From a bacterium (GTDB taxonomy: Bacteria > Zhuqueibacterota > Zhuqueibacteria > Oceanimicrobiales > Oceanimicrobiaceae), in contig JBHHXN010000017.1 of assembly GCA_046757025.1 (NCBI GenBank), positions 1 to 50,711 of the forward strand: 50,711 nt of DNA, given 5' to 3'. The translations under genes and the position numbers were made by a program. The notes under the pieces are model-generated. The model was not told the origin of the DNA, ran no database searches, and saw nothing but the letters and a program-made list of their open reading frames with translations. Shown piece after piece: positions 30,876 to 41,071 of this stretch. Each line of letters begins with the position of its first letter. Position 1 is the stretch's first letter.

Positions 30876-30933
30876 TGACGGATTATTGCCTGTGGATGCA
30901 GCCTCGCCAACAGGCAATAATCAGTCACTTTTT
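30876..30933 (+). terminator. Long hairpin, probable terminator of the ABC operon
   Basis: TGACGGATTATTGCCTGT / ACAGGCAATAATCAGTCA stem (17/18) followed by CTTTTT. Confidence 0.55.
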
Positions 30934-31047
30934 GATTTGTTCGATTCCGCCTGTGTTTACTTCTTAAATCAACTGTCCGAAGAATAGCCATTTGCCTGGT
31001 AAAACATCTCACACAACTGGATTCTGCCTGCACACGTCGCAATTAGC

Positions 31048-31076
31048 TTGACATTCAAAACAGACTTTTGTAAGTT
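31048..31076 (+). promoter_or_regulatory. sigma70-type promoter
   Basis: TTGACA-N17-TAAGTT. Confidence 0.5.
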
Positions 31077-31122
31077 TTTGTTCATCGTTTATTTTAACTC
31101 TTGTTGAAAATAAGCAGAAGAA

Positions 31123-31704
31123 ATGAAAGTCAAAGAAACTTCGCCCGTTTATGCTACCTGCAAAAAGTCTTACACTTACCAGGACTATATCGACCTGCCG
31201 CAAGATGACAAACGATATGAAATATTGAACGGAGAGCTCAATATGGTTCCAGCTCCATCCACGTATCACCAGGATGTAAGCGGTAATTTAGAATTTGCGA
31301 TACGAAAATTTCTCGAAGCAAATCCTTTAGGTAAATTTTATGATGCGCCCGTCGATGTGGTACTGAGTGAAGAAATCGTGATCCAGCCAGACTTGTTATT
31401 TATCCGCTATGAAAATTCAAAAATCATTACTGAAAAAAATATATCCGGAGCGCTCGATTTAGTCGTGGAGATTCTGTCGCCGGCCTCCGCATATTACGAC
31501 CTCATCGAGAAAAAAGAAATCTACGAACAATTTGGCGTACAGGAATATTGGATCGTGGATCCCAAAAAGCAGTGGGTGGAAATCTATGAGAATAGCAAGA
31601 ACAAATTTGAGCTCGATCAGCGGCTTGAAAAGACCGGAACGCTGAAGTCACCGCTATTTGAATCTTTCCAGATTTCCCTGCCAGAAATCTTTGACACCAA
31701 TTAA
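31123..31704 (+). CDS. Uma2-family (DUF820) PD-(D/E)XK endonuclease-like protein
   Basis: RYEILNGEL, PAPSTYHQ, QPDLLFI, DLVVEILSP, KKEIYEQFGVQEYWIVDP. Confidence 0.93.
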   Translation: MKVKETSPVYATCKKSYTYQDYIDLPQDDKRYEILNGELNMVPAPSTYHQDVSGNLEFAIRKFLEANPLGKFYDAPVDVVLSEEIVIQPDLLFIRYENSKIITEKNISGALDLVVEILSPASAYYDLIEKKEIYEQFGVQEYWIVDPKKQWVEIYENSKNKFELDQRLEKTGTLKSPLFESFQISLPEIFDTN

Positions 31705-31734
31705 AAAAGCCCTGAATTCTTTCAGGGCTTTTTT
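31703..31734. terminator. Bidirectional intrinsic terminator
   Basis: A6-GCCCTGAA-TTCT-TTCAGGGC-T6 between convergent genes. Confidence 0.9.
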
Positions 31735-31757
31735 AGTTTCAAAACCAAATGGCTGAT

Positions 31758-34700
31758 TTATTTGACCAGCAACATTTTGCGTGAGATAGTTAATTTATCG
31801 GTTTCCATTCTCAGGAAGTAAATTCCCGCAGCTACTTGCTCACCGCGCTCATTGCGGCCATCCCACTGAACTTTGTACTCACCCGCCAGTCTGTGGCCAT
31901 CAAACAAGGACCGAATACGCTGACCCAGCAGGTTGTAAACATGCAATTGAATGGTTGCCGCTTGCGGCACGGTGTAATTGATAACCGTGCTCGGGTTAAA
32001 CGGATTCGGGTAGTTTTGCGCCAGTTGAAATCTCTCGGGCGCGCCAACAACTCCCGGCGATTCATCCACGTCGGTGAGCAGCCCGCCCAGATCAACCGCG
32101 GGCAGCTTGAAATCTTTACCCGTTGCCAGGCCCGGGCTGGTGACGGTTACCTGCATGGCTTCGCCCGGAACGTCCTGGAAAAACGGCAAAAGCGCCTGCG
32201 GATCACCGGCGAACAACAAATTTGCGAATATCGAAAACAAATCTAAATTCGCCAATTGCACTCCGACAAATTGATTGGGATTGTACCAGGCGTCGCCAAA
32301 CAACTGCACATCCAGCGAATCCAGAACGCTGTCATCGCCCAAAAGCAGAGCTATTATTGCGCTCAAAGGATCGCCACCGCCGTCATCTCCTAAATTGGCC
32401 TCATCTAATAAAAGTAGAAATCGAAACAGGGAAACGGTGCGAAGAAAATAATTCCCGGACACCAGTCCTGGAACGGCATAAGCGCCTGAAGTGGGATCAA
32501 GGCCACCGGAATTCAAATCCAGTCCGGCTAAGCCACCCGAAACAACGTGGCCGGATTCATCATAAGCGAGAACCAGTGTGCCCGGAATAGGGGTTTGCCC
32601 GTCTTCCTGATAAACCGCGCCCATGATCACACCCTGGCCTTGAGCTAAGGCAATGTCCGCGGTGGTGGTTCCGCCTGCCGCAACGTTTACTGTCACGGAA
32701 TTGGGATCATTAAACGATGTGCCGCCGCCATGATAAGTGGCTGCTAAATCTGGCGCGCCCACAAAAGCCTGAACTTTGTAATTTGCAGGCCACAAACCGA
32801 TAAGGCTGTATGTGCCAGTGGCAGAATCGGCATCCACAATACCGGCTACGGTTTGCGTAACTGCGTTGTAAGCCAGAACGGAGATTTCAAGCCCTAGCTC
32901 AGCGACATTTTGACCCGGCACCGAAACCGTACCGGCAATCGTACCCGTTCGCACCATTTTGAAATCGATATTTGGTGTGACAGTTGGGGCCGTCACTTGC
33001 ACCGAATCGGCGGACTCAAAACCTTTGCCATCATAAAATTGCGGTAAATAAAGAACATCGTCGCTGTCCACAAATCCAAACAGTTTAAAATAACCGGTGG
33101 GCAGAGGACGCAATTCATACGTGCCGTTGATGGAATCCGAAACCGCAAAGGTCAATTCAGGCAGGTTATTGGCGGCATTGAGCGCGATAACCGTACCGGT
33201 ACCGTTCACCGGTGTGGTACCGTCGCTGGCTTCCACAAACTTACCGTTGATGCCGCCCGCCAGGTCGAGCACGAAATTGATGCCGCCGGTGTTATCCGGC
33301 GAAGTGACGGAAACCGGTGTGGCCGAACCAGGATCATAAATACTTTGAACGTTGGGATAGTAAGCATCCAAGACTTCGCCGAAGTGCTTTCCGGTTCCCA
33401 ATTCATCACCGAAAAGTGACTGAAAATCTGGATTCAGCAGAGACACCGTGCGTAACACGTAATCGCCAGAGGAAAGACCTGACACAAAGTAGTTACCTGT
33501 GGTGTCAGAAAATCCAACGCCGAAATCGATGTCATCTGCAAAAAAACTGCCGACTTCATCAAAAGCAAATTTCTTCACTGCCACCACCACCACCGAGTCT
33601 AAAATGGCGCCGTTGGCATCGGTAATACGGCCGCTGATGGATCCGCCGGTTTCAAGATAAAAATCGATGCCGCGCAGGGTGTCGCTTTCAGCCAGCACCA
33701 ACGGGGTGGCGTCTGCCGATACTTTGGCGTCATCATAATATTCACCTTGTGTGGCGGGCGAACCCAGCAGAAAGCTCAAATAATTATTCGCATAAACCAC
33801 AAAGGTACCTTGATTCAACTCAGGGAGTTCATAAGAGCCGTCAAATCCCGAAATATTAAAAGTCGCGATGGAGGTGTCCTGGGTATCAAAAGCAAAAATA
33901 GCCGCAAAAAACAATGCCGTGGTATCGTCCGCTACTGTATCAATAAAATTGACCATTCCCTGAATGCTGGAATCGTTGGTCTGCAAAATATTGTTTTTCC
34001 GAATGTTCGAGTTTAAATCCGTCTCAGGATACAATCGATCGGTGATGCGGATACTTGCTTCGGTCTGCTGCTCACCGTCGAGATCAAAGGCAATGCCGTT
34101 GGTGGTTTCGCCATTTCGCACGGTCACCAACTGGGCGTTCTGCCAGCTTTCATACAGATTTGCCGCCAGGCTGTTTTCTTTCTCGAAGAATTTGTCTCGG
34201 TAGCGGCTGACCGTAACCAGATAGTAGCGGCCGGCCGGCATGTCGGAAAAAGTAAATTCCCCGGTCAGTTTTTCCACTTCAGCAGCGCCGGCAAAAAATC
34301 CGTATCGGTTAAAAGACAGCACCGTGATTTCCGCATCGGTTGCGCTCGAACCGCTCACCGAAACCACGCCGGCGATGTTTCCAGATGGTTTGCCTGCCAG
34401 CACGGCGCGTTTCTCATCCGACAACGATTGAAAAATAGCGCGCAACTGCAAACCCTCTTTTTCAGCTTCCACCAGCGCTTTGAGATAAGCATCGATTTTC
34501 ATTTCAGCCGGATACTGCCGCATTTTATGCTGATACAGCTCCTGGTACCTGAGTCGATTGACTTTGTTTTGTAAACGAGCCATCATCTCCTGATTTAGCC
34601 GGACCGCATCAAACTCACTGATCAAGATTTTGCCACTTGCCAGCTTTGAAATGACTTTTTGGATATTTTTTTCTCCAGCCATAAGTGGGAAAGAGCTGGT

Positions 34701-34790
34701 GGTTAAAAACAAACCCATCAAAAATACCGTAAAGCACAAACCAGTGATAACGGCTTTCTGATTCTTTGAAAAAAGTCCCATATTGTCCAT
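31758..34790 (-). CDS. Large secreted protein with tandem carboxypeptidase-regulatory-like beta-sandwich repeats and a FlgD-Ig/T9SS-type C-terminal domain
   Basis: AGGAGG RBS before the ATG at 34790; signal peptide; 6-7 repeats of G.I.G.V...G.Y....L..G.Y.L...YY...V.V...GI.F.L; tail LAQNYPNPFNPST...WDGRNERG...RKMLLVK. Confidence 0.85.
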   Translation of the reverse strand: MDNMGLFSKNQKAVITGLCFTVFLMGLFLTTSSFPLMAGEKNIQKVISKLASGKILISEFDAVRLNQEMMARLQNKVNRLRYQELYQHKMRQYPAEMKIDAYLKALVEAEKEGLQLRAIFQSLSDEKRAVLAGKPSGNIAGVVSVSGSSATDAEITVLSFNRYGFFAGAAEVEKLTGEFTFSDMPAGRYYLVTVSRYRDKFFEKENSLAANLYESWQNAQLVTVRNGETTNGIAFDLDGEQQTEASIRITDRLYPETDLNSNIRKNNILQTNDSSIQGMVNFIDTVADDTTALFFAAIFAFDTQDTSIATFNISGFDGSYELPELNQGTFVVYANNYLSFLLGSPATQGEYYDDAKVSADATPLVLAESDTLRGIDFYLETGGSISGRITDANGAILDSVVVVAVKKFAFDEVGSFFADDIDFGVGFSDTTGNYFVSGLSSGDYVLRTVSLLNPDFQSLFGDELGTGKHFGEVLDAYYPNVQSIYDPGSATPVSVTSPDNTGGINFVLDLAGGINGKFVEASDGTTPVNGTGTVIALNAANNLPELTFAVSDSINGTYELRPLPTGYFKLFGFVDSDDVLYLPQFYDGKGFESADSVQVTAPTVTPNIDFKMVRTGTIAGTVSVPGQNVAELGLEISVLAYNAVTQTVAGIVDADSATGTYSLIGLWPANYKVQAFVGAPDLAATYHGGGTSFNDPNSVTVNVAAGGTTTADIALAQGQGVIMGAVYQEDGQTPIPGTLVLAYDESGHVVSGGLAGLDLNSGGLDPTSGAYAVPGLVSGNYFLRTVSLFRFLLLLDEANLGDDGGGDPLSAIIALLLGDDSVLDSLDVQLFGDAWYNPNQFVGVQLANLDLFSIFANLLFAGDPQALLPFFQDVPGEAMQVTVTSPGLATGKDFKLPAVDLGGLLTDVDESPGVVGAPERFQLAQNYPNPFNPSTVINYTVPQAATIQLHVYNLLGQRIRSLFDGHRLAGEYKVQWDGRNERGEQVAAGIYFLRMETDKLTISRKMLLVK

Positions 34791-34886
34791 TTTGCCTCCT
34801 TTCACTTTCAATAATAAAATATGGTTTAATTATTGGTTGATTAATTACACCTTTTGAAGAATTGAGTAATGGGGGTTAAAAAAACC

Positions 34887-34915
34887 AAAATACTAAGTAT
34901 AATTACAATAGTCAA
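34887..34915 (-). promoter_or_regulatory. sigma70-type promoter
   Basis: TTGACT-N17-TATTTT on the minus strand. Confidence 0.5.
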
Positions 34916-35057
34916 GAGTTTGTTTTGCAAAACTTTTATTTTCTATAAGCCAATTATTTCACCGGAATAATTCACAAACTCACCAATTAAATTCAAAATT
35001 ATTGAATCCGGGTGCCACTCTGAAGATGTCCGTTTATTAAAGCAATCTTTTCTTAAT

Positions 35058-35207
35058 TAGTGTCTCTGTTGCTGAAGCCGAAGAAAGATACAACCTGAGT
35101 CCCGAAGAGGATCTTAGAAAGGCCGTAACCTATCGTTTTTTTTATTCATGCGTTCCCGAATTTACTTGGGACTCAGCATGAAGACTTCCGTTTTCGATCA
35201 GAGACTA
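35058..35207. mobile_element. MITE related to family A
   Basis: Ends TAGTGTCTCTG.../GTTTTCGATCAGAGACTA. The reverse complement of the right end aligns with 23193-23246. Confidence 0.55.
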
Positions 35208-35247
35208 AATAAGTAACTATTCAGCATCAACCGTCATGCGGTGCGTA

Positions 35248-35386
35248 GTACGGTTATCCAGTTAACTCAGCAAAATTCCAGAATGGTCATTCTGAGGAAA
35301 TTGGATAACCGTACCCTTCGACGTAGTCTATCCTGAGCTTGTCGAAGGACTCAGGGCGAGGAAACAGGACATTATGGACAGCCCCT
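35248..35386. repeat. Long palindrome plus nested CCTGAGC...GTCGAAGG hairpins
   Basis: Perfect 13-bp inverted repeat GTACGGTTATCCA/TGGATAACCGTAC (35248-35314), then CCCTTCGAC[...CCTGAGCTTGTCGAAGGA]CTCAGGG. Confidence 0.65.
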
Positions 35387-35548
35387 GACAAAGAACCGGG
35401 GATGAAATTATGGGGGGACATCCGATTCACCATAATAATAAGACTTGCTTTAATTTTTTTTCTTTCTTAGCTTCCTCAATCTGTTCGACTGTCTCTATAA
35501 TACGGATAACTCAAAATGATTTTGAAATAAACTGGAGTACTCATTTTT

Positions 35549-37189
35549 TTGCACCTACGTTCGCTCCCGGGAAAATTCCTTCCGTTCGTACTCGGCTTAG
35601 CCTGGTTTCTGGGCCTGCTGACGCCCGGTTTTGCTGGCTCTGGCCGCGCCAAAAAACCCATCGATTTAAAGCCGGTCCGCGTTCCCATGCTTTCTATCAC
35701 CACGCGCGAGGCGCGATTTCATGTTGCCATGCTGGCTTCGGAACCGTTCCAGGGCCGGGCAAGCGGCACTCCCGGCCAGTGGTTAGCCGCCAAGTACATC
35801 GCCACGGAGTTCGCCGATTTTGAATTAGAAGCGGCAGGTGACCATGGGAAATTTTATCAAAATTTTCAAATTGAGCAAACTGTACTAAAACAAACGGAAT
35901 TCTGGACCATCGAAAGTCCTACGCTTGCAAAAACCGAATTTTCATACCGAGCGGACTACGCTCTTTTCCCGTACAGCGGCGCCGACACACTCACTGCCCC
36001 GATTGTTTTTGCCGGCTACGGCATCACGGCACCGGAATATCAATATGACGACTACCAGGGCGTGGGAGTCCAAGGCAAAATCGTACTGGTGCTGCGTCAT
36101 GAGCCGGGCGAAAACGATCCTAACAGCCTTTTCAACGGCCGCCAACTGACCCGGCACGCCCTGTTTGAAGAGAAAGCAAGAAATGCCTTAAATCACGGCG
36201 CGCGAGCGCTGATTTTAGTCAACGATCCCGACAGCGTCAAAAGTACGCCGGCAAAGCACGGTTTCTGGCCAAATTACTTCCCCAACCATTTCGCGCGGCA
36301 ATCGTGGCAGATACAAAAAATATTCAGTCGCAAGCAATTTCCCATCCTCTGGGTGAGTTTGAAGCTGGCGCAGAAATTATTGGAACATACCGGCCATTCT
36401 TTAAAAAGCCTGATGCTGGCCATCGACCGCCGCCACAAACCGGTGAGTTTTGAAATTCCAAACAGATACGCCCACATCAAAATTGGCATGGTTAGAAATA
36501 TCCGTCAAACACAAAATGTGCTGGCAAGGCTGCAGGGAAGCGACCCTCGGCTTCGCGAACAAGTAGTGGTGGTGGGCGCACACTTTGACCACATTGGCGT
36601 TGTCAACGGCCAAATTTACCCTGGCGCCGATGACAACGCCTCCGGCACCGCCGGCTTGCTGGAAATTGCCGAAGCCTTCAGCGAAATGCCCCGCAAACCC
36701 CGGCGCAGCGTTTTGTTCATTGCGTTTGGAGCGGAGGAGCTGGGTTTGCTCGGCTCCGAATATTATGTGGAAAACCCCGTGGAACCGCTGGCGAACACCG
36801 TCGCCATGCTGAATTTAGATATGATCAGCCGAAACCAGAGCAACACCGTCTCGATAATCGGCAGCGATCGCAGTCCCGAACTCCACTGGATGAATATCGC
36901 CGCCAATGAAATGATCGGTCTGGATTTAAAATATGACGGCGAAAAATTTTTCAACCAAAGCGATCATGCGAATTTCGCAAAACACCGCATTCCGGTTATT
37001 TTCTACAACACGAACATTCATCCGGACTATCATCGCGCCACGGATCTGGCCACGAAAATCGATCCGGAAAAACTAACCCGCATTGCCAGGCTGGCTTTTC
37101 TAGTGGCGTGGGAAGCGGCTAATTCGGAACATCCGCCCACGTTTCACCGATTCAAAATTCACCGCCAAGCCCTTGATACAAAGAATTGA
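35549..37189 (+). CDS. M28-family aminopeptidase with PA domain, exported
   Basis: GAHFDHIG, GADDNASG, GAEELGLLGS, NLDMI, SDH, HPDYH; PA insert VFAGYGITAPEYQYDDY. Confidence 0.92.
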   Translation: MHLRSLPGKFLPFVLGLAWFLGLLTPGFAGSGRAKKPIDLKPVRVPMLSITTREARFHVAMLASEPFQGRASGTPGQWLAAKYIATEFADFELEAAGDHGKFYQNFQIEQTVLKQTEFWTIESPTLAKTEFSYRADYALFPYSGADTLTAPIVFAGYGITAPEYQYDDYQGVGVQGKIVLVLRHEPGENDPNSLFNGRQLTRHALFEEKARNALNHGARALILVNDPDSVKSTPAKHGFWPNYFPNHFARQSWQIQKIFSRKQFPILWVSLKLAQKLLEHTGHSLKSLMLAIDRRHKPVSFEIPNRYAHIKIGMVRNIRQTQNVLARLQGSDPRLREQVVVVGAHFDHIGVVNGQIYPGADDNASGTAGLLEIAEAFSEMPRKPRRSVLFIAFGAEELGLLGSEYYVENPVEPLANTVAMLNLDMISRNQSNTVSIIGSDRSPELHWMNIAANEMIGLDLKYDGEKFFNQSDHANFAKHRIPVIFYNTNIHPDYHRATDLATKIDPEKLTRIARLAFLVAWEAANSEHPPTFHRFKIHRQALDTKN

Positions 37190-37199
37190 CAACCTTTTC

Positions 37200-37228
37200 T
37201 TGACAATCATTTTTCAGTTCCTTATTTT
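37200..37228 (+). promoter_or_regulatory. sigma70-type promoter
   Basis: TTGACA-N17-TATTTT. Confidence 0.5.
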
Positions 37229-37387
37229 TAAACAATTCTTTTTTAAAACAGCCGTCCGTCGTATATCATTACCAAATCTCCGTCGCTAAAACATGAGCGC
37301 TTCAGAATGGATGATTTCATTAGAAATTTTTTGCGCGTGAATGAAATCCGGCATGATTGAAATTGAATTACAAACCTCTCAATTATC

Positions 37388-38317
37388 GTGCAAAATAAAA
37401 TCAATCTGATCGGGAATCCAACCGCGGGTAATCATAAACTGACCAAAAACTGGTCGGATATCGAACAACAATTAGATAAACTATTGATCGATTCGGCCAT
37501 GCACCTGACCACCTGCCGCGGCGACGCCACCGTTCTCACGCGCCGGGCTCTGCATGATGGTTACGACACCATCGTGGTACTCGGCGGCGACGGTACCATC
37601 AACGAAGTCGTCAACGGTTTTTTTGAAAACGGCCGCCAGATCAACTCAGACGCCTGTCTGGGAATTATTTCAACCGGTAGCGGTGGCGACTGGATAAAAA
37701 CCCTGAATATTCCGGACAACATCGAAGAAGCAGCCGCCTGCATCGTCGAACACAAACTCAGGAGATGTGATGTGGGATGGCTCGAGTGCCAGAATGCGCA
37801 GGGCCAAACTCAGTCCAGCTATTTTATCAACATTGCGGACGCCGGTTTTGGCGGAACGCTGGCCACGCTGGCAAATCAATCCACCAAAGCCCTGGGACCG
37901 TTTTTTGCCTACTTGACAGGCTTGCTGCGCACACTGGCCTTTTATCAGAATCAGCGCGTTCGCATTCAGGTCGATGACACCTTTGAAGAGGAGCTCACGG
38001 TCAATTCCGTTGTGGTGGCCAACGGTCAATTTTTCGGCGGCGGTATGTGGATTGCACCCGAAGCGCAAATCGACGACGGACTTTTTGAAATCGCCATCGT
38101 TGGTGACGTCAATCGTGCGGAAGTGCTAGCCAATATATACCGAATTTACAACGGCACCCTGGCGCAGCATCCCAAAGCCCGATATTTAAAAGGCAAAAAA
38201 ATCACCTTGCAGCCAGCCGAAGAATCGGCTATTTTGATCGAAGCGGATGGGGAACAGCCCGGCCAGTTGCCCGCGACATTTGAGATTGTTCCCAAAGCCA
38301 TTAACATAATTTGTTAG
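37388..38317 (+). CDS. Diacylglycerol kinase-family (YegS/DAGK) lipid kinase
   Basis: NPTAG, GGDGTINEVVNG, ANGQFFGGG, EADGE. Confidence 0.93.
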   Translation: MQNKINLIGNPTAGNHKLTKNWSDIEQQLDKLLIDSAMHLTTCRGDATVLTRRALHDGYDTIVVLGGDGTINEVVNGFFENGRQINSDACLGIISTGSGGDWIKTLNIPDNIEEAAACIVEHKLRRCDVGWLECQNAQGQTQSSYFINIADAGFGGTLATLANQSTKALGPFFAYLTGLLRTLAFYQNQRVRIQVDDTFEEELTVNSVVVANGQFFGGGMWIAPEAQIDDGLFEIAIVGDVNRAEVLANIYRIYNGTLAQHPKARYLKGKKITLQPAEESAILIEADGEQPGQLPATFEIVPKAINIIC

Positions 38318-38350
38318 GGTCGTTCAAACTCTTTTGGAAAGGAGGAACCA

Positions 38351-38905
38351 TTGAACCGAGAACAAGCCTGGGCACTTATGACCGAATACACTAAATCGGA
38401 AAATTTGCGCAACCACATGTTGGCCGTGGAAGCCGCTATGCGTTTCTATGCAAAAATATTCGGCGATGACGAAGAGAAATGGGCCGTGGTGGGATTGCTG
38501 CACGATTTCGATTATGAGCAGCATCCAACCAAAGAAGCGCATCCATTTGTGGGCGTACAAATTTTACAAGAAAGAGGCTGCACAGAAGAAATTACCCGCG
38601 CCATCTTATCCCACGCCGATTATACCGGCGTGAAGCCTGAGAGCAACCTGGAGAAAGCACTTTGCGCAGTAGATGAGCTCACCGGCTTCATCGTGGCGGT
38701 GGCGCTGGTGCGACCCACAAAAAGCCTCCAGGATGTAAAAGTGAAATCCGTTAAAAAGAAAATGAAGGACAAGGCTTTTGCACGCAACGTCAATAGAGAA
38801 GACATTCAAAAAGGTGCGGAATTGCTGGGGCTCACGCTGGAAGAACACATCAATAATGTCATCACTGCCATGAAAACCATTGCGCCACAGTTAGGCTTAG
38901 ATTAA
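38351..38905 (+). CDS. HD-superfamily hydrolase (HDIG type)
   Basis: HMLAVE, GLLHDFDYE, AILSHA, AVDELTGF; AGGAGG RBS before the TTG start. Confidence 0.9.
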   Translation: MNREQAWALMTEYTKSENLRNHMLAVEAAMRFYAKIFGDDEEKWAVVGLLHDFDYEQHPTKEAHPFVGVQILQERGCTEEITRAILSHADYTGVKPESNLEKALCAVDELTGFIVAVALVRPTKSLQDVKVKSVKKKMKDKAFARNVNREDIQKGAELLGLTLEEHINNVITAMKTIAPQLGLD

Positions 38906-39179
38906 AACCAAATTTTGTTTGAATGAGTAGGAAGTTTCAGGAATTGCGGGATATATTGCGTTGATTGAAAATCTAATGTTGCATATTATAAATTATTCAT
39001 TAAATTTACAATCATAGAAATGGTGATATTAATTTTTACAGGTTCCATGTAAATAGAGAATGCTGCAGACCTTGAAGTAAATTTGCACCTATTCTGCGAC
39101 TCTTGCGGTGTCAGCGGTCCACACGTTTTAGAAACGCGAATTGTAAATACTGAAATTATAAATTGAATCGAAATCGAAG

Positions 39180-40259
39180 ATGAAGTCTCCCACGAAACTT
39201 CGTGCTGGTATTATTGGATTGGCGCTGTCTTTTTATTTACTCATACAACTCTTGTCGCAATTTCCCAATTTCGTGGAAAGCTATTATTCAAATGGTCTCT
39301 ACCCCATAATCACCTTAATTTTATCTAACCTGTCGGCGCAGGTTTCCTTTTCCATTTCCGAGCTTGCCCTCTGGTTTGTGCTGCTTTTTGGTATCCCTTT
39401 CATTATCAACCGCATCAAGAAAAAGCGATTGCCTCTGTCACGAATTTTGTTAAATCTGATCACAACGCTTGCGGTCATCTACGTTTGGTTCTATTTGTGC
39501 TGGGGTATCAACTATCTGAGGCCTTCTCTCAGAACCAAGCTGGCGCTAGACGAAGTCAACCTCGCCATCGACTCCTTTGATTCTACTTTTGTGCAGATCA
39601 TTAAAAAAAGCAACCAGCTTAATTTAGCCTATTCTATCAAAAAAATCAGTTATATCGATTCGGTGATCGATGAATCGTACGATGAAATTATGGATTTGTT
39701 GAATCTGCCGCAGATCCCGGGTAATCGCAAAAATAAATCATTCACTGCCAACTGGCTTTTGAATAAAACCACCACCAGCGGCTGGTTCAGTCCCTTCTTT
39801 CATGAATTGCATCTAAATTCCGACCTGTTTATTTTCGAGCTGCCATTCGTTCTAGCCCATGAGAAAGCGCATCAAATGGGCATAACAAGCGAAGCCGACG
39901 CCAATTTTCTGGCGCATCTGGTTTGCACCAACGCCTCGGAACCCCTCTGCCAGTACAGCGGCAACTTTCAAGTTCTCGGACATTTTTTCCGTTATTTGCG
40001 TACCGATTCGGCACGAACCCATTCCTACGCAAACCTGCTCAACGATGGGGTAAAACTGGATTTAGAAGCGGTAAAACAACGATTGAAAAGCCATGTGGGG
40101 ATCATTTCCAAAGTGTCCAATAAAAGTTACGACCTCTATTTAAAAGCCAACGACGTCAAAGAAGGCATGGCCAACTATTCACGAGTGGTGAGTATGATCG
40201 TCCGTTTTCAAGAAAAACAGAAATTACGGCAAAAGCAGGCCACGAAGAAATCATTTTAG
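39180..40259 (+). CDS. DUF3810-type membrane protein with a zincin motif
   Basis: Three TM segments, WGINYLR, SPFFHE, AHEKAHQMG..SEADANF. Confidence 0.85.
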   Translation: MKSPTKLRAGIIGLALSFYLLIQLLSQFPNFVESYYSNGLYPIITLILSNLSAQVSFSISELALWFVLLFGIPFIINRIKKKRLPLSRILLNLITTLAVIYVWFYLCWGINYLRPSLRTKLALDEVNLAIDSFDSTFVQIIKKSNQLNLAYSIKKISYIDSVIDESYDEIMDLLNLPQIPGNRKNKSFTANWLLNKTTTSGWFSPFFHELHLNSDLFIFELPFVLAHEKAHQMGITSEADANFLAHLVCTNASEPLCQYSGNFQVLGHFFRYLRTDSARTHSYANLLNDGVKLDLEAVKQRLKSHVGIISKVSNKSYDLYLKANDVKEGMANYSRVVSMIVRFQEKQKLRQKQATKKSF

Positions 40260-40357
40260 ATCTTAGATATAGCCGGTATTCGCGCTCCTAATTTGGGGCG
40301 CAAACATTTTCTGCCCCTAAATTTCAGTGGATCAAGTTGACCAAACCGGAGAAAACC

Positions 40358-40825
40358 ATGAATCCCGACATTCTCAAGCAATTATTTGAATACAACAAAT
40401 ATTGTATCGAGGTAAACACCGAAGGCCTGACACAAGCAGACAGTTTGATTCAACCGCAGCCGGCGGGCAATTGCCTGAACTGGACACTCGGACACATCGT
40501 GGCTTCACGCCAGGGCATCCTTGCGTTGCTACAGCAACCGCAAAACTGGGATAAAAGAGACTCCGCCCGCTATACCAGAGGCTCTCAGCCCATCGTCCAT
40601 GCTGACGGCGCTTTCACCCTGGAAAGGCTGCTCACGGATTTCCAGTGCTCGCAGGATGGCGTCCTCCGGGGCTTGAGTAAATTGACTCAGGATGATTTCG
40701 ATAAACAATTGGATCAAAAAACCCTGGGAGAAAAAGTATCCTTCCTTTATTTTCACGAAACCTATCATGTGGGGCAAGTCGGTTTGCTGCGAAGAATGGC
40801 AGGTAAACCGGGAGTGATTCGCTAA
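40358..40825 (+). CDS. DinB-family protein
   Basis: NWTLGHI and HETYHVGQV His triad; GGAG RBS before the ATG at 40358. Confidence 0.88.
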   Translation: MNPDILKQLFEYNKYCIEVNTEGLTQADSLIQPQPAGNCLNWTLGHIVASRQGILALLQQPQNWDKRDSARYTRGSQPIVHADGAFTLERLLTDFQCSQDGVLRGLSKLTQDDFDKQLDQKTLGEKVSFLYFHETYHVGQVGLLRRMAGKPGVIR

Positions 40826-40847
40826 CGGCTTTGGGTGTTCACGCTTT

Positions 40848-41009
40848 AGAGCCTGTGTGAAAAGTCAACTTCCAGGCTTTTGTCATTTCCCGCTTTGCGG
40901 GACAGGCATGAGGAATCTTTTTAGTTTTGAAGTAAAGTGTTGTTTATTAAAAAGATCCTTCGGTTGCGGGATGACAGACACAGAGTTTGCGCGTTTTCAC
41001 ACAGTCTCT
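40848..41009. mobile_element. MITE family B between convergent genes
   Basis: Terminal inverted repeats AGAGCCTGTGTGAAAA / TTTTCACACAGTCTCT; internal TGTCAT...ATGACA repeat; an identical 19-bp end occurs at 50601-50619. Confidence 0.75.
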
Positions 41010-41071
41010 TTAGCGTGCTGTCCCCACCTACCCCAGCACCCCGAAAAACGGTTATTCTGAAAGCCGCAATT

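Noticed and set aside
31123..31704. Uma2 nuclease plus macrodomain as an anti-phage system
   Set aside because: They are 11 kb apart in separate transcription units; stand-alone Uma2 genes are common, and no DarT-like toxin is present.
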